The notes under the pieces were generated by a model. It made no database searches, had not been told where the DNA came from, and worked only from the letters and a program-made list of their open reading frames with translations. Positions 1-12,564 of a stretch of 64,000 bases of DNA are shown here, piece by piece. This stretch comes from Octopus sinensis (lineage: Eukaryota), in the NCBI RefSeq assembly GCF_006345805.1, contig NC_043000.1, positions 25,730,001-25,794,000 on the forward strand. The letters run 5' to 3'. Within the stretch, counting starts at the first letter, position 1, and every line of letters starts with the position of its first letter. The position numbers and the translations under genes are program-made.

Positions 1-503
1 GAACTCAGAATGTAATGGCAGACGAATAACGGCTACGCATTTCGCCCGGCGTACTAACGTTTCTGCCAGCTCGCCAACAAGAGTCTTTGGGTGTTGTCGA
101 AGGTGTTCATATATATATACAAGCATCTCTGCCCCAGTTAGATGTATTTTACTCTATTGGTAGTTGTATTTTGTGGTCTGTAATTTTGGTATATGTAGTA
201 GCAGCTGTTCCAGACATATGAGCAGTCTTCTGGATAAAAATTATATTTGTGCTTAGTAGAGTATCATCAACTGAAATGTTAAAATGAGGTAACTTTAAAG
301 CACTTTCAAGATTAAAAACTTATCATTTATTGATGGTGTTACTCTTTACTGAGAGAGGAGTCAGAATTATTGTGAAAAATAATGTTCGTTGCGACTTCAA
401 GATTCTCCTAGCGGTTTGTTCAGCCAGTGTAATCAACTTACCAAAGACTATTGTATGTTCTAACTCTAAAATATAAAGCCTAGTATTTGGGCAATTTTTT
501 TCC

Positions 504-594
504 GATATTGTACATGTGTGTGTCTGTGTGTGTCTGTGTGTGTCTGTGTGTGTGTGTGTCTGTGTCTGTGTGTGTGTGTTTGTGTGTGTGTGTT

Positions 595-627
<33 letters not shown>

Positions 628-738
628 TTGTGTATGTGTATGTATGTGTGTGAGTGTTTGTGTGTGTGTGTGTGTGTGTGTGTTTGTGTGTGTGAGTGTG
701 TGTGTGTTTGTGTGTGTGAGTGTTTGTGTGTGTGTGTT

Positions 739-771
<33 letters not shown>

Positions 772-802
772 GTTTGTGTGAGTGTGATTTTGTGTGTGTG
801 TG
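504..802. repeat. Compound (TG)n microsatellite
   Basis: Direct reading. Confidence 0.95.
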
Positions 803-1454
803 GTCGTCATGGAAGATCGTGAAATAGTGGGGAAAAATTAGTATTTGTAACAAGTTTATGAAAGTTAACCGTATTATTCACGAGTAAAGAAGGAGTAGCG
901 ACACGAGTTTGTTTTCTGATATATGTGTAGTGACTATGAGTTTAAGTGATACCGAAAACAAGATACGAAGCTGTGTAGAAGGCAAAATACTTCAAGATTC
1001 ACGATAGACACTTGAGAATTTCTTTTAATTCTAATTAAAGTTTTATTGATTAAAAATAAAAATAAAAAAAAATTAGATAATTCCTTGAGGTGGAATGTAC
1101 TAAAATATAAACGAATCATTACAAAATAACCGATATAAATGTCTCGTTTCGGTTTCTCTTTTTAAATGTAATCCTTTGAATTTGATTTTTAAAACATTTA
1201 AATCTGAGAATCCTACACTAGTTTTGTTTAATCGATTAAATAAATTCATTTAACGAATAACTCATGTGAGGCAGTGACAAGTGTTTGACAATAAAGTTAT
1301 GGAAACTCAACGCAACTTTCTTTTGTTTAACACAGAACCAAAACAATGGACGCCATTGACTGAGAATAATGCGTTATTGTAAACAAATATCTTTCGAGAT
1401 TATTCCATATTCTGTAGCAGTTTCAACAGCTCTAAATACAATAACAAGAAATTA

Positions 1455-1464
1455 TGTGTGTATA

Positions 1465-1543
<79 letters not shown>

Positions 1544-1631
1544 ATACACACACTAATATAGATGTATGTATGTATGTATGTATGTGTAATATATATATAT
1601 ATGTTTATGTATGTACGTACGTATATATGTG

Positions 1632-1683
<52 letters not shown>

Positions 1684-1764
1684 TGTGTGTGTGTAATTTT
1701 TCTCTTTGTGTATATAACTACTGTGTGGGCGTAGCATGAATTGTATTGTACGTATGTACGCACG

Positions 1765-1811
<47 letters not shown>

Positions 1812-2092
1812 TATATAATATTATACATGATATATATATATATGTACTAACATAGATGTATATATGTATGTATGCATGTATGTATGTATGTGTAAATATA
1901 TATATATGTATATATATGTACGTACGTATGTATGTATGTGTATATATAAATATGTGTGTGTGTGTATGTTTGTTTGTGTATGTGTGTGTGTGTGTGTGTG
2001 TTGTGTGTGTGTGTGTATGTGTGTGTGTGTATGTGTGTGTGTGTGTGTGTGTGATTTCTCTTTGTGTATATAACTACTGTGTGGGCGTAGCA
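1455..2092. repeat. Compound TA/TG/TATG microsatellites in a local tandem duplication
   Basis: ctctttgtgtatataactactgtgtgggcgtagca occurs at about 1701 and 2057. Confidence 0.85.
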
Positions 2093-2348
2093 CGACTGTA
2101 TGGTAAAGAAACTTGTTTCGCAAACATTAGGTCTGAGGTTCGATCAATGCCTGGCATTTTTTTGTATTTTATATTTTTAAAATCATATTTGGGAATGAAA
2201 TTAAGTTAAAAGAAACTGTACTGAATCGAATGAATTGTGCCTGTCATTCAAATGTACAGCCTTGTCATATACTTTATCAGGGTGTTTCTGCCTGAGAATT
2301 TCATTAAGGGTGCGCGTGCCTATGGAATGCTTAGCTTCTTGCAGGATA

Positions 2349-2388
<40 letters not shown>

Positions 2389-2711
2389 GTGTGTGTGTGC
2401 GTGCGTGTGTGCATGTATAGGGAAGTATCTGTGAGTAGAATTGAGCATATGGTGAAGTGTGTACGTGTGGGGGTGTAGAATTGGGTGCGTGTGCAAGTAT
2501 GAGAGTGCAGTGGCGTGGGATAGTAGGAATGTGGGAGGATAGTGTTCAGGTGAGATTGTATTGTAACCGAGAGGAAGTGTGTGTGTGTGTGTATTGAAAA
2601 TGTTGCAAGACGCAACGAAAACTTTAAGAAAATAAAATAGAAAAAAGTGGAAATTTTACCGGTGAGTGTGTTACATTATGAGGCACAAAAAGAAAATGAC
2701 TCTCCCCAGAC

Positions 2712-2754
<43 letters not shown>

Positions 2755-2863
2755 TATAATATATATATATATATATCGAAACATGTAAAATTCATAAGAA
2801 AATTAAAATTAATCTAATATATTGGCGTTTTCAAACTTCTTTTTATATATATATATATTAATA

Positions 2864-3675
2864 TACCGGGTGCGGTGAATGAACTGTCGTCTAAGTTACG
2901 CAAATATGAAAATAACACTGACATCTCATATCAAAATTACATAAAAATATCTTGAAATACTAAAGAGTAAATTCATTCAATAAAATCGCCATTGGCTTCA
3001 ATAACCTCCTCCAGGCGACTTGGAAAATCCTGCAACTCTTCTGTATGCTGCCATAATCCTTGCCTTCAGTTCATCTTTGGTCTTACAAGGGGTTTCGTTT
3101 GTTTCTCATTCAACTGCACCCCACACATAATAACGAAGGGGGTTGCAGTCTGGGGGTTAGGTGGCTAGATGTTAGGGGTGATGTGATAGCAGAAATTGCC
3201 TGACAGTCATGACTGGGTTCTCCTGATTATATAGTATGGTATAGAGTTAGACATAGAGTCTTCCAGCAGCCACCTTCTTGACCCAGAGCAACACTGCTTC
3301 CTCCAGGCATTTGATGTAGGCCTCCGTGTTGAATCTGAGGTCGTGTGAGAAGACGAATGGAGGCATAATGTCGCCATCACTAGTGATCACTCCAAACAAC
3401 ATGATGCTGACTGGATGTTTGATTTTAATCATTCTCGGTACACGTCCTCAAATTGCATTATCCTCAGATTGATACCCAAACACTGAAATTTTCGTATTGG
3501 AGCTTCCGGCACAAATGCCAAACAGTACAACATCTCGTTTCCAAATTTCTAGCAGAGTGAATTGCGTCATGGTGCTGTTTTTTCTCACGGTTTCCAAATG
3601 ACTCTATTATACTGTGGTCGACAAAATCAAAAACAAACAATGCGCATGGTCACAATTTACCTATCGCACCTTGTA
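2864..3675 (-). mobile_element. Internally deleted Tc1/mariner (maT/DD37D-like) relic
   Basis: KHPVSIMLFGVITSDGDIMPPF..WVKKVAAGR plus downstream PPNxPDCNP-like remnants; degenerate TAC.GGTGCG ends. Confidence 0.75.
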
Positions 3676-3919
3676 TATCTGTATGTATATATAATTTAAA
3701 AATAGGATAAAATCTTTATAAGAAATTATCAAGTAGTTAGCGTGAAAAAAACCTCATCGGGGAAAAATGTATTAATTATTCCCTTTAAATAATTAAATAA
3801 TTAATAAATTTCTTTAGTAAATTAGTAAATTTAAACGGAATATATTCAGTGCTGAATTTTATTCTGAATAAATACGTGTACCGAGATGCAATTCGAAAAG
3901 CCCGCCTCTTACATAGATA

Positions 3920-5211
3920 CGAGGGGCGTTCAATAAGTAATGCCCCTGACCCACTTCCCATAGCAGTATAGCAACGAAACTTGGCACAGTTATTAGTCTT
4001 TTTCTACATAGGAACCACCCAGAGTTACGCATTTCTCCCATCGTTTGATACAGCTCTGGAGACTGTTTTTGTAGAAGACCCCAGCTTGGTCCTCCAGCCA
4101 TGACGTGACTTCAGAAATCAAGGCTGCATCATCTGGGAAATGCTTTCCTTTCAAAAACAACTTCATGGCTGGGAAGAGGTGAAAACCAGAGGGTGCAACG
4201 TCAGGAAAGTAGGGGGATGGGGGAGGAGTTCATAGCCGCACGCCTGTGCTTCTGATCTGGCGACACGCGAGTTGTGGACCGGAGCGTTGTCCTGCAGGAG
4301 GAGGATGCCTTTGCTGATCTTGCCCCGCCTCTTGATTTTGATAGCTTCCCTTAATTTCCTCAAAAGTGAAGCATAATAAGCTCCTGTAATTGTGGTACCC
4401 TTTGCCAGGAAATCTGTCACCACTACTCCGTCCTGGTCCCAGAAGACTGTGAGCATGACCTTGCCAGCGGAGGGCTGCACTCTTGCCTTCTTTGGAGGAG
4501 GTGAGTCACGGTGCTTCCACTGCATTGACTGGGCTTTGCTCTCTGGATCATAGTGATGGACTCAGGTTTCATCCTGTGTAGTCAGTCTTTTGAAACATTT
4601 TGACTCATCTTCTTGGCACATCTCCAAATTCATCCTCGAGCACTCGACGCGTTCTTGCTTCTGGAAAGGTGTGAGCAACCTGGGAATCCATCTGGCAGAC
4701 ACCTTTTGCATATGCAAATGGTCATGAATGATAGTTTCCACAGACCCGGTACTAATATTGACCTCATGGGCTATTTGGCGAATAGTTATGCGTCGATCTT
4801 TCAAAATGGCAGCCTCAACTTGATGGACAGATGCCTCATCAATGGCAGAAGCGGGGCGACCAGATCTGGGAGCTGTTTCTACAGAGTTCCGACCATGTTT
4901 GAATTCACGATGCCAGCGTTTTACAAAGTCATATGATGGGGCATCATCACCATAAGTTACTTTCATTTCATCAAAAGTCTCCCGCGATGTGCGTCCTTTC
5001 AAATACAAAAACCGGATCACTGCTCGACACTCAACAGGCTCCATTTCACACTTGACTCAGTTCAAACACCTGTAAATCAGAAACCACAATTAGTTCAGAG
5101 CTGTAATTTGCCACTTCATCTATAGAGATATGAATAATTGCACATGCAAAATTTCAGCTAGATCAAACAAATGCAAGTGGGTCAGGGGCATTACTTATTG
5201 AACGCCCCTCG
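3920..5211 (-). mobile_element. Full-length mariner (DD34D-type) transposon, transposase inactivated
   Basis: Perfect 37-bp TIRs (3920-3956 and 5175-5211), TA on both sides (3918-19, 5212-13), transposase motifs WIPRLL, QDET, QDNAPVH. Confidence 0.95.
3993..5044 (-). pseudogene. Mariner transposase pseudogene
   Basis: TGA at the DETW tryptophan (4562-4564), 1-nt frameshift in HPPY (about 4215), and third catalytic Asp reads Gly (PSGFHLF). The frame ends ..GSYVEKD* at 3993. Confidence 0.9.
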
Positions 5212-5514
5212 TATATAAGTATGAATAATTCTATGTATTATGCTGGATACATTTGGTGTTCGTCTGGTATGTTGATTTTTTTGTTTATTTTTATGTGTCT
5301 TGATTATGCATGAACTGACGATTAATATGTGCATTTTGTGCACTAATTATGAAATCATATGATTTGCAGCTGAATTCTGATTTTAAAATACTCGCTTCGA
5401 AAGTTGCATTCCCTCGCGTTCGCTACAAAATGTATTTATTATGGTAGTTTTACTTTAAGAGTCCCTCCTAGCGTGACGCATTTATGTATAGTAATGCCCT
5501 TAATATAAATAAAT

Positions 5515-5525
5515 GTATGTATGAT

Positions 5526-5596
<71 letters not shown>

Positions 5597-5621
5597 ATAT
5601 ATATAATATATATATAATATA

Positions 5622-5664
<43 letters not shown>

Positions 5665-5730
5665 ATTTGTATGTATGTATGTATGTATGTATGTATGTAT
5701 GTATGTATGTACATATATATATATATATAA
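5515..5730. repeat. (TA)n/(TATG)n microsatellite
   Basis: Direct reading. Confidence 0.95.
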
Positions 5731-5761
5731 AGTTATGTTTTTTTTTTTCCTGTATTTTCAG

Positions 5762-5969
5762 ATCCGATCTTACCGGAAATGCTTTACGATTTGGAACATC
5801 CCCAGCAATCGGAAAACGATTCCAATAATCCGAACGACACATTATCGTTGTCACAAGACAGGGACGTGAATAAAGACATAAATAACCAAGGTCGCTATGG
5901 TTACCTGATTGCAGCCAAGGGCATTGCACAGTTTGTATGTAATCCATTCGTCGGTTATATTGTAACAAG
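5762..5969 (+). CDS. SLC18A2-like: SLC18A-like exon 1/15 (end of TM1, luminal loop, TM2)
   Basis: ttttcag|AT CCG ATC TTA..ACA AG|gtaaat; PILPEMLYDLEH...GYLIAAKGIAQFVCNPFVGYIVT aligns to VMAT PIIPSYLY...GLLFASKATVQLITNPFIG. Confidence 0.92.
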
Positions 5970-6108
5970 GTAAATGCTTTTGCCAAGAGCTTTTTGTCCT
6001 TTTTTTTTAATTCCAAACTGATCTCATGAATCTCTTCTTTTCCATTTCCCTCTTGATCTTACTGTTCTCTTGCTTTGTCCTTCTTTCTACCCCACCTCTT
6101 CCCCAACC

Positions 6109-6155
<47 letters not shown>

Positions 6156-6428
6156 ATTAGACTGTGGCCATTTGGGGGCACCCGCTTGAAGGGGTTTTAG
6201 TCGAACGAATCGACTCTAGTACTTATTTTTATTAACTCTGGTACTATTCTGTCGGTCTCTTTTGCCGAACCGCCAGGTTATGAGTCATCAACAAACTAAT
6301 ACCGGTTGTCAAGTGATGGGGGCGGGGAGACAAGCACAAAGGTACAAATATATACACACACACACACATACATATATATATACACATATAATATATATAT
6401 ATATATATATTATACATATATATTATAC

Positions 6429-6529
<101 letters not shown>

Positions 6530-6559
6530 TATATATATCTCAAAATTCAGATAAACAAA

Positions 6560-6960
6560 GTTCTTTTTTAATCGAAAATATTCTCTCCTTCATTTTCTAA
6601 AATACTCTTCCATCTATCTAATAGACTTACAAGGCCCCTCTTTCAAAATACTCCTCCAGTACTGTTCTGACCTCGTCTACAGAATTCATGTTTTTTCTGT
6701 CCAAATGATTTTGAAGACTGCGGAATAAATGATACTCAGATGGGGCAATGTCCGGCGAATATGCTGCGTGGAGCAGCCTTTCCCATCCAAATTGCTCCAG
6801 ACATTGGAGTGTCATTCTCACTGTATGTGGCCAAACAAAATCGGCTACTGATTACTGATAAAGCAATTAGAAACGCTGAAACTTATCAAACTGATCTCCT
6901 TTTTCTGACCACGGAGAAAAAAAAATGTTTTCACTTAGTGTCTGTTTTTCACAACTAAGA
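6560..6960 (-). mobile_element. Mariner transposase relic
   Basis: LLHAAYSPDIAPSEYHLFRSLQNHL (YSPDLAP motif). Confidence 0.8.
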
Positions 6961-7011
6961 GGAGATTGTCAGACTGGAAATAATTGATCTGCAAGAATTT
7001 GTACTTATATG

Positions 7012-7845
7012 TTTCTTTATTACCCACAAGGGGGCAAACACAGGAGGGACAAACAAGGACAGACAAACGGATTAAGTCGATTACGTCGACCCCAGTACGT
7101 AACTGGTACTTAATTTATCGACCCCGAAAGGATGCAAGGCAAAGTCGATCTCGGCGGAATTTGAACTCAGAACGTCAAGACAGACGAAATACGGCTACGT
7201 ATTCGCCCGGCGTGCTAACGATTCTGCCAGCTCGCCGCCTAATTTATATTGTTAGCACACCGGGCGAAATGCTTAGCAGTATTTCGTCTGCCGCTACGTT
7301 CTGAGTTCAAATTCCGCCGAGGTCAACTTTGCCTTTCATCCTTTCGGGGTCGGTTAAATAAGTACCAGTTACGCACTGGGGTCGATGTAATCGACTTAAT
7401 CCGTTTGTCTGTCCTTGTTTGTCCTCTCTGTGTTTAGCCCGTTGTGGGTGGTAAAAAAATATGTATTTCGTCTGCCGCTACATTCTGAGTTCAAATTCCG
7501 CCGAGGTCGATTTTACCTTTCATCCTTTCGGGGTTGATAAATTAAGTACCATGTTACGCACTGGGGTCGATATAATCGACTTAATCCCGTTGTCTGTCCT
7601 TGTTTGTAACCTCTATGTTTAGCCCCGTATGGGCAATAAAGAAATAAGAAACGTTAGCACGCCGAGCGAAATGCTTAGCAGTATTTCGTCTGTCTTTATG
7701 TTCTGAGTTCAAATGCCACCGGGGTCGACTTTGCCTTTCTTCATTTCGGGGTCTATAAATTAAGTCAATTTCGTACTGGGGTCGATCTAATCGACTACCC
7801 CACTCCCCAAATATTTCGGGCCTTGTGCCTAGAGTAGAAAAGAAC
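7012..7845. mobile_element. Cluster of four SINE family B copies (one -, three +)
   Basis: Core ctgagttcaaattccgccgaggtcgactttgcc. Further copies at about 1-76, 11815-12190, 18890-19090, 20765-20990, 42010-42150, 53120-53340, 57285-57470. Confidence 0.8.
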
Positions 7846-7892
7846 ATATCATTTCTGCTGTTTTTCAACTGCACCATTTTTCTTGTTTTCAG

Positions 7893-7951
7893 ATTTGGTT
7901 ATCGGAAGCCGATGTTGTTTGGTAGCTTGGTCCTTCTCCTCTCCACATTAG
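7893..7951 (+). CDS. SLC18A2-like: SLC18A-like exon 2/15 (TM3)
   Basis: gttttcag|..TTA G|gtatgt; RFGYRKPMLFGSLVLLLSTL, 59 nt. Confidence 0.92.
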
Positions 7952-8975
7952 GTATGTTTATACTTTCTAATCACCCTATTTCGTACCCAAATAGGCAGCT
8001 CTAGATTAAATATTAAGCAAAATACGCACGCGCTTAGAGAATCAAGGGAAGATTGGGCATCAGAGAAACGGTAAATAGTTTACGGCACAAGAGAAATCCC
8101 TTTAAACTTGGGATAATATTCGGATGCCTTATATCTACCAAGTATAGAATCAGATGTGTTACGTAAGATTAATGTTAAGCATCTGATCAAAGACTTTGAA
8201 ATCTATATTAATAAAAACGAAATTCTGTCTGTCCGATGGGAACCCTGTATCTCATTTGCTCAACATAGACATATTATGCCCTTTTTGGAATCAAGATGAT
8301 CCCGGAATTGAAAATCTGCTCTTCATTTGGTTCTTGAACATCTAGCATTTGGATCTGATTTAAAAGCATTTGGATTGCTATTTCTAGCAGGTAAAGCTTG
8401 GCTGATTCACGCCGTCTTGCTTGGTGTTTGTCAACAATAATTACAACCATCACAGCCAACACCAGCACCACCATCACCATCAGCAGCAGTGTAACATTAC
8501 ACTCGTAGTTAGAACTTGGGGAGAATGAGTTTGGTACGAAAATATAAGCTCTATTGTACGGTCTGAGACGGTTTGACACAGCTGTTTTGGCTCCGTCTAT
8601 TTGGCATCGCTGATTCGATGCTGACTTATTTGACATCACTTTTGTGCCCTTTTGGGACCATAAAAATGGATAGGTGGATAGACAATACCAACCCTAAACT
8701 TATTTCAGTTATATTCCGACCTCTAAATATTTTTCAACTTTTCTTCTTTCCTGATATTTCATTCATCTGTTTCCTTCGTTCTGTTTTCTTCATTGATCCA
8801 AAAACCATTCTACTAAGGCGTTTCAACCATCGTAGCAAGTAATCAATTACCTTAGCCTTGTCTCTGTTAAAATAGACACATTTTCTCCGCTCCTTTTTAA
8901 CATAGCCATTCCTTAAAAATCTGTCGCGACACCAATTTGATATTTGAAAATTCCTTGTGGTTTTTCTCTCGCCAG

Positions 8976-9059
8976 CTTTTCCCTACAGTAAAACTTACTG
9001 GATGTTGATAGTTACTCGAGTGTTACAAGGAATCTCGTCCTCGCTGACAGCGGTGACAG
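8976..9059 (+). CDS. SLC18A2-like: SLC18A-like exon 3/15 (TM4)
   Basis: ctcgccag|..ACA G|gtgagt; FPYSKTYWMLIVTRVLQGISSSLTAVT, 84 nt. Confidence 0.93.
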
Positions 9060-9220
9060 GTGAGTTAACATTATAGATATTTTGACCAAAACCTTAAATA
9101 TAGTTTAGAGGTAAAATGTGATAACTGCGGGAACAGAACCTGCTGTATGCGCTTGGTATTTGGTTACAGCCATTTTGCCTGCTCTTGCTTACGTCTAGCA
9201 TGTTACACAATCGCTTCTTC

Positions 9221-9271
<51 letters not shown>

Positions 9272-9559
9272 GTGTGTGTGTGTGTGCGTGCGTGTGTGTA
9301 GTTACGACGTTTCGTATACGAATACCTCTATGTAAACAATGCGATCGATGATTTTTATAAAACAAGCAATGTGTGTATATGCATATTTCGGGAGTTATTA
9401 CTTTATCATCAGCACCACATTCCAGCAATTAATATATGTACGTATTACTTGCCAGAAATGCGCTCAATACATACATACATACATACATACATACATGCAT
9501 ACATACATGCATACATACATGTGTATGTCTGTGTGTGTTTGTGTGTAATGATGATCTCT

Positions 9560-10040
9560 TGATTCCGAGAAAGGCACGGTTCTGCAATTTCTTGCTTAGT
9601 GACCTGCACAAATAATTTGTTTATAGCGATTAAATTTTCCTGCAGCACGTTAGCTCATTCCCTCCATCAAATCAACATTCCTCCCACTAGGGCAAGACAT
9701 TACGGATCTGTGGAGCGTGAAGAATTAGATTTTTCACGACAACAAAATACCTTCACCGAGGTCTCCTCACTCGTGAGTTTCCCACCAAGAACAACATAGT
9801 ATCGCTTCCACATCCACCCTGTTTGCAAGATTTGGCACTTGCGGACTTCCATCTTTTCCTAAAGATGAAAAGAGAGCTCAAAGGTCATCATTTTAACAAC
9901 CGTTGTTGAGATCAAGAGCAAATTGCAGGATGTCCTCGACTCGCTTGCGAAAAACAACTTCCAGGACACATTCCAAAAGTAGCAGGAACGCTGGGAGTGG
10001 TGTATTGCTGCGCAAGGTGACTAATTCGAAGTGTATGTGT
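9560..10040 (+). mobile_element. Degraded mariner relic (3' half)
   Basis: HPPCLQDLALADFHLF..KMKRELKGHHF across frameshifts. Confidence 0.65.
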
Positions 10041-10386
10041 TGTGTAGCCCCTTTTCAACTCCAATGGAGAACACCAGTTAGGTAAACTATCACCATGTTT
10101 TATACATTTGTGTTTAAACTAAAAGAGATAAGACCGACATTTGTGCAAAATGTGCCATGGGTTGAATATCTTGAACATGATCGCAACACAATGCACATAG
10201 AAGAGGTGTGAACCTTTAACTTTCAGTCACCTCCATCCCGCCGTCTAATACCTAATCAAAAACGCCACTGAAAATCTGGTTTTACCTGTATAGATAGTGA
10301 TAAACAAATGAAATTAATGTCGCGCTAACCTTTGTCTGTTTGGATTCGGTATTCGTTACTCAGTCATGTTTACCTTTTGTTCTCAG

Positions 10387-10479
10387 CTCTAGGACTTGTA
10401 GCAGCAACATTCAAAGATGATTATCGCCGGGGAAATGTAATAGGCTATGCGTTTAGTGGATTGTCCATTGGAATTATCG
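10387..10479 (+). CDS. SLC18A2-like: SLC18A-like exon 4/15 (TM5)
   Basis: ttctcag|..ATC G|gtaaat; LGLVAATFKDDYRRGNVIGYAFSGLSIGII, 93 nt. An in-frame alternative AG lies 6 nt downstream. Confidence 0.92.
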
Positions 10480-10545
10480 GTAAATATTAGCGCTGTTTTG
10501 ATTCATATTCCTTTACAATATCATTCTTAACTAATTCAATTAGAT

Positions 10546-10790
10546 CAGTGGTTCTCAACCATTTTTCACCAGTGGACCCCTTTAATACCAATTTTATTCG
10601 GGTTGTGAACTCTCAGAGCCATTTGATATTTAATAAAATCTTATTGCATTTTTCATAATTAAATATTATTAGGAATTCTTTAAAAGTATTGTTAAAATAT
10701 TTTGTGTTTGTAGATGTAAACCAGTTTATTGCAGATAAATTTTAGCAGCAAAATCTCTTTATGAACCCCTTCTCTAGCTGAGAACCACTA
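10546..10790. mobile_element. hAT (Charlie-like) MITE
   Basis: TIR cagtggttctcaacc / gctgagaaccacta; 8-bp TSD aattagat (10538-45) vs agttagat (10791-98). Confidence 0.85.
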
Positions 10791-10846
10791 AGTTAGATGT
10801 TTCAAATTATTTATGTTCAGTTTATGAGTTCTTCTTCTATTTACAG

Positions 10847-10936
10847 CTGGTCCCGTGTATGGAAGTCTTCTGTTTGAATTTGTCAACCCTGCTTTTCCTT
10901 TCATTCTTCTATCTGGTATCATGAGCTTCGCTATAT
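10847..10936 (+). CDS. SLC18A2-like: SLC18A-like exon 5/15 (TM6)
   Basis: tttacag|..ATA T|gtaagt; GPVYGSLLFEFVNPAFPFILLSGIMSFAI, 90 nt. Confidence 0.93.
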
Positions 10937-11488
10937 GTAAGTATTTCGTTTAACGTCGGAGATCATTATTTCGCTATTACATTCAATTTCTCTGACAAGT
11001 GAGAACATTTTTAAAGATTAGAGGCTTGTCGTTAAACCATTAAACTGCTAATGTTAAAACACGAGTGATATTGGTGAAATTAATACAGCATTAAGATGCA
11101 GAGATAATGACGGTTACAGATTTAGACACAGAGTTAACAACTTTAAGCGGCGTTAATCAATACCAACGACCGAAGTACTTGACTGCTTCTTTACTTTATC
11201 GACATCTGAAAGGATGAAAGACAAAGCTGACCTCGGCAGGATTTGAGCATTAGCATTGGCCGTGAGCTCGTAAAAAAACGAACTGTGAACGAAGACTTTT
11301 ACTGCAGACTAGTTATTGAACTAGTCTGCAGAAAAGGCACTTTCGTTAAGGCAAAATACCGCAAAGCATTTTCAGGCGCTCTCATGATTCTTCCACTCAA
11401 CTTCCTAATTGGTTTGTTCTTTAGGCATAAGGTCAGCCATATAAGGAGAAAGGATCATCCTAAACCATCGACTTCTGTACTAAACCAT

Positions 11489-11801
11489 CGTTTTTTTGCT
11501 TGTTTGTTCCTTCTCGAGTCACGACTGGCTCATAAGGGCCGGTTTCCCGGTTTCCTTCGCGTATAGGTTCCCCACCTGGACGGGATGCCGGTCCGTCTCA
11601 GTTGAGCTGCAAGATGCAGGAGGAAAGAGTGAGAGAAAGTTGTAGCGAAAGTCAACAGAAGTTCGCCATTATCTTCTGCTGGAGCCACGTGGAGCTTAGG
11701 AGTTTCGCTCATAAACACACACATCGCCCGGCCTGAGATTCGAACCCGCGATCCCTCGACCGCGAGTCCGCTGCTCTAACCACTGGGCCATGTGCCTCCA
11801 C
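11489..11801 (-). mobile_element. tRNA-derived SINE family C with TSD
   Basis: A box tggcccagtgg, B box ggttcgaatc; 10-bp TSD actaaaccat (11479-88, 11802-11). Confidence 0.85.
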
Positions 11802-12242
11802 ACTAAACCATTGATTGGTACTTTATTTTATCGACCTCAACGTGGAGGTGGAGGAAAGGCGTCGCTGACCTCAGTGGGATTTTAAATCAGAGCGTAAACC
11901 TCAAAAGAAATACCGCAAGGCATTTTGTGCAAGGCATTTTGTGCAACGCACACACCTTTCTGCCAGCTCACCACCTTTAATTTCTAATTTAAGGACAAGG
12001 CTAACAATTTTGAGATGAGTGGAAAAACTGATGTCATCGACCACAGTATATGACTGGTACATCATTTTAGCGAACCGCAAGAATGAAAAGCAAAGTTGGC
12101 CTCGGACGAATTTGAACCCAGAACATTGAGTTGGAAGGAAAAATACAGTGAGATATTTGGTCCGATGCCCTAGTGATTCTGCCAAACCATGTTCCTGATT
12201 GAGTAGTGGTTTCAAATTCGAGAAACTGGAACAGGAAGAGAC

Positions 12243-12282
<40 letters not shown>

Positions 12283-12470
12283 GAGTGATGATGAAGATGA
12301 TGTCTGTGACGAAAGCATAGAAACGGAACAGTTTTGCTAATACAAACCCTCGAAATCGACTCCAAATCTAACCTCTCTTTCTGTTATTACATGTTAAAGC
12401 TGTTTTGTTTTTGCTTTTGCTTTTGTTTTTTCTAACAATTTAATGTTTCTGGGTTTTTTTTTTTTTTCAG

Positions 12471-12511
12471 TTCTTCAGTTATTAACAATGAAGAGAGAAT
12501 CCTCGGTGAAG
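12471..12511 (+). CDS. SLC18A2-like: SLC18A-like exon 6/15
   Basis: poly-T cag|..GTG AAG|gtaagc; LQLLTMKRESSVK, 41 nt, phases fit both neighbours. Confidence 0.87.
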
Positions 12512-12564
12512 GTAAGCAAAAATAAAACATTTCAAGTTTCAAGTAGCAAATGATAAATATGTTA

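Noticed and set aside
1318-1460. Strong acceptor at 1334 with aaacaATGG as a possible first coding exon of the transporter
   Set aside because: That ATG frame stops after 5 codons. The other open frame is not TM1-like and has no credible donor.
323-2615. Long [12 protein letters not shown] ORFs here and throughout the ORF track
   Set aside because: They are translations of di- and tetranucleotide microsatellites with no domain content or splice context.
4613-4936. 107-aa plus-strand ORF
   Set aside because: It is the antisense shadow of the mariner transposase.
8200-8240. Helitron-like 5' end (atctatattaataaaa..tctgtctgtc)
   Set aside because: No matching 3' hairpin/CTRR end was identified, so it is too weak to call.
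11730-11801. tRNA-like heads here and at 13060-13130 and 55311-55385
   Set aside because: They continue into SINE bodies, two with TSDs, so they are not standalone tRNA genes.
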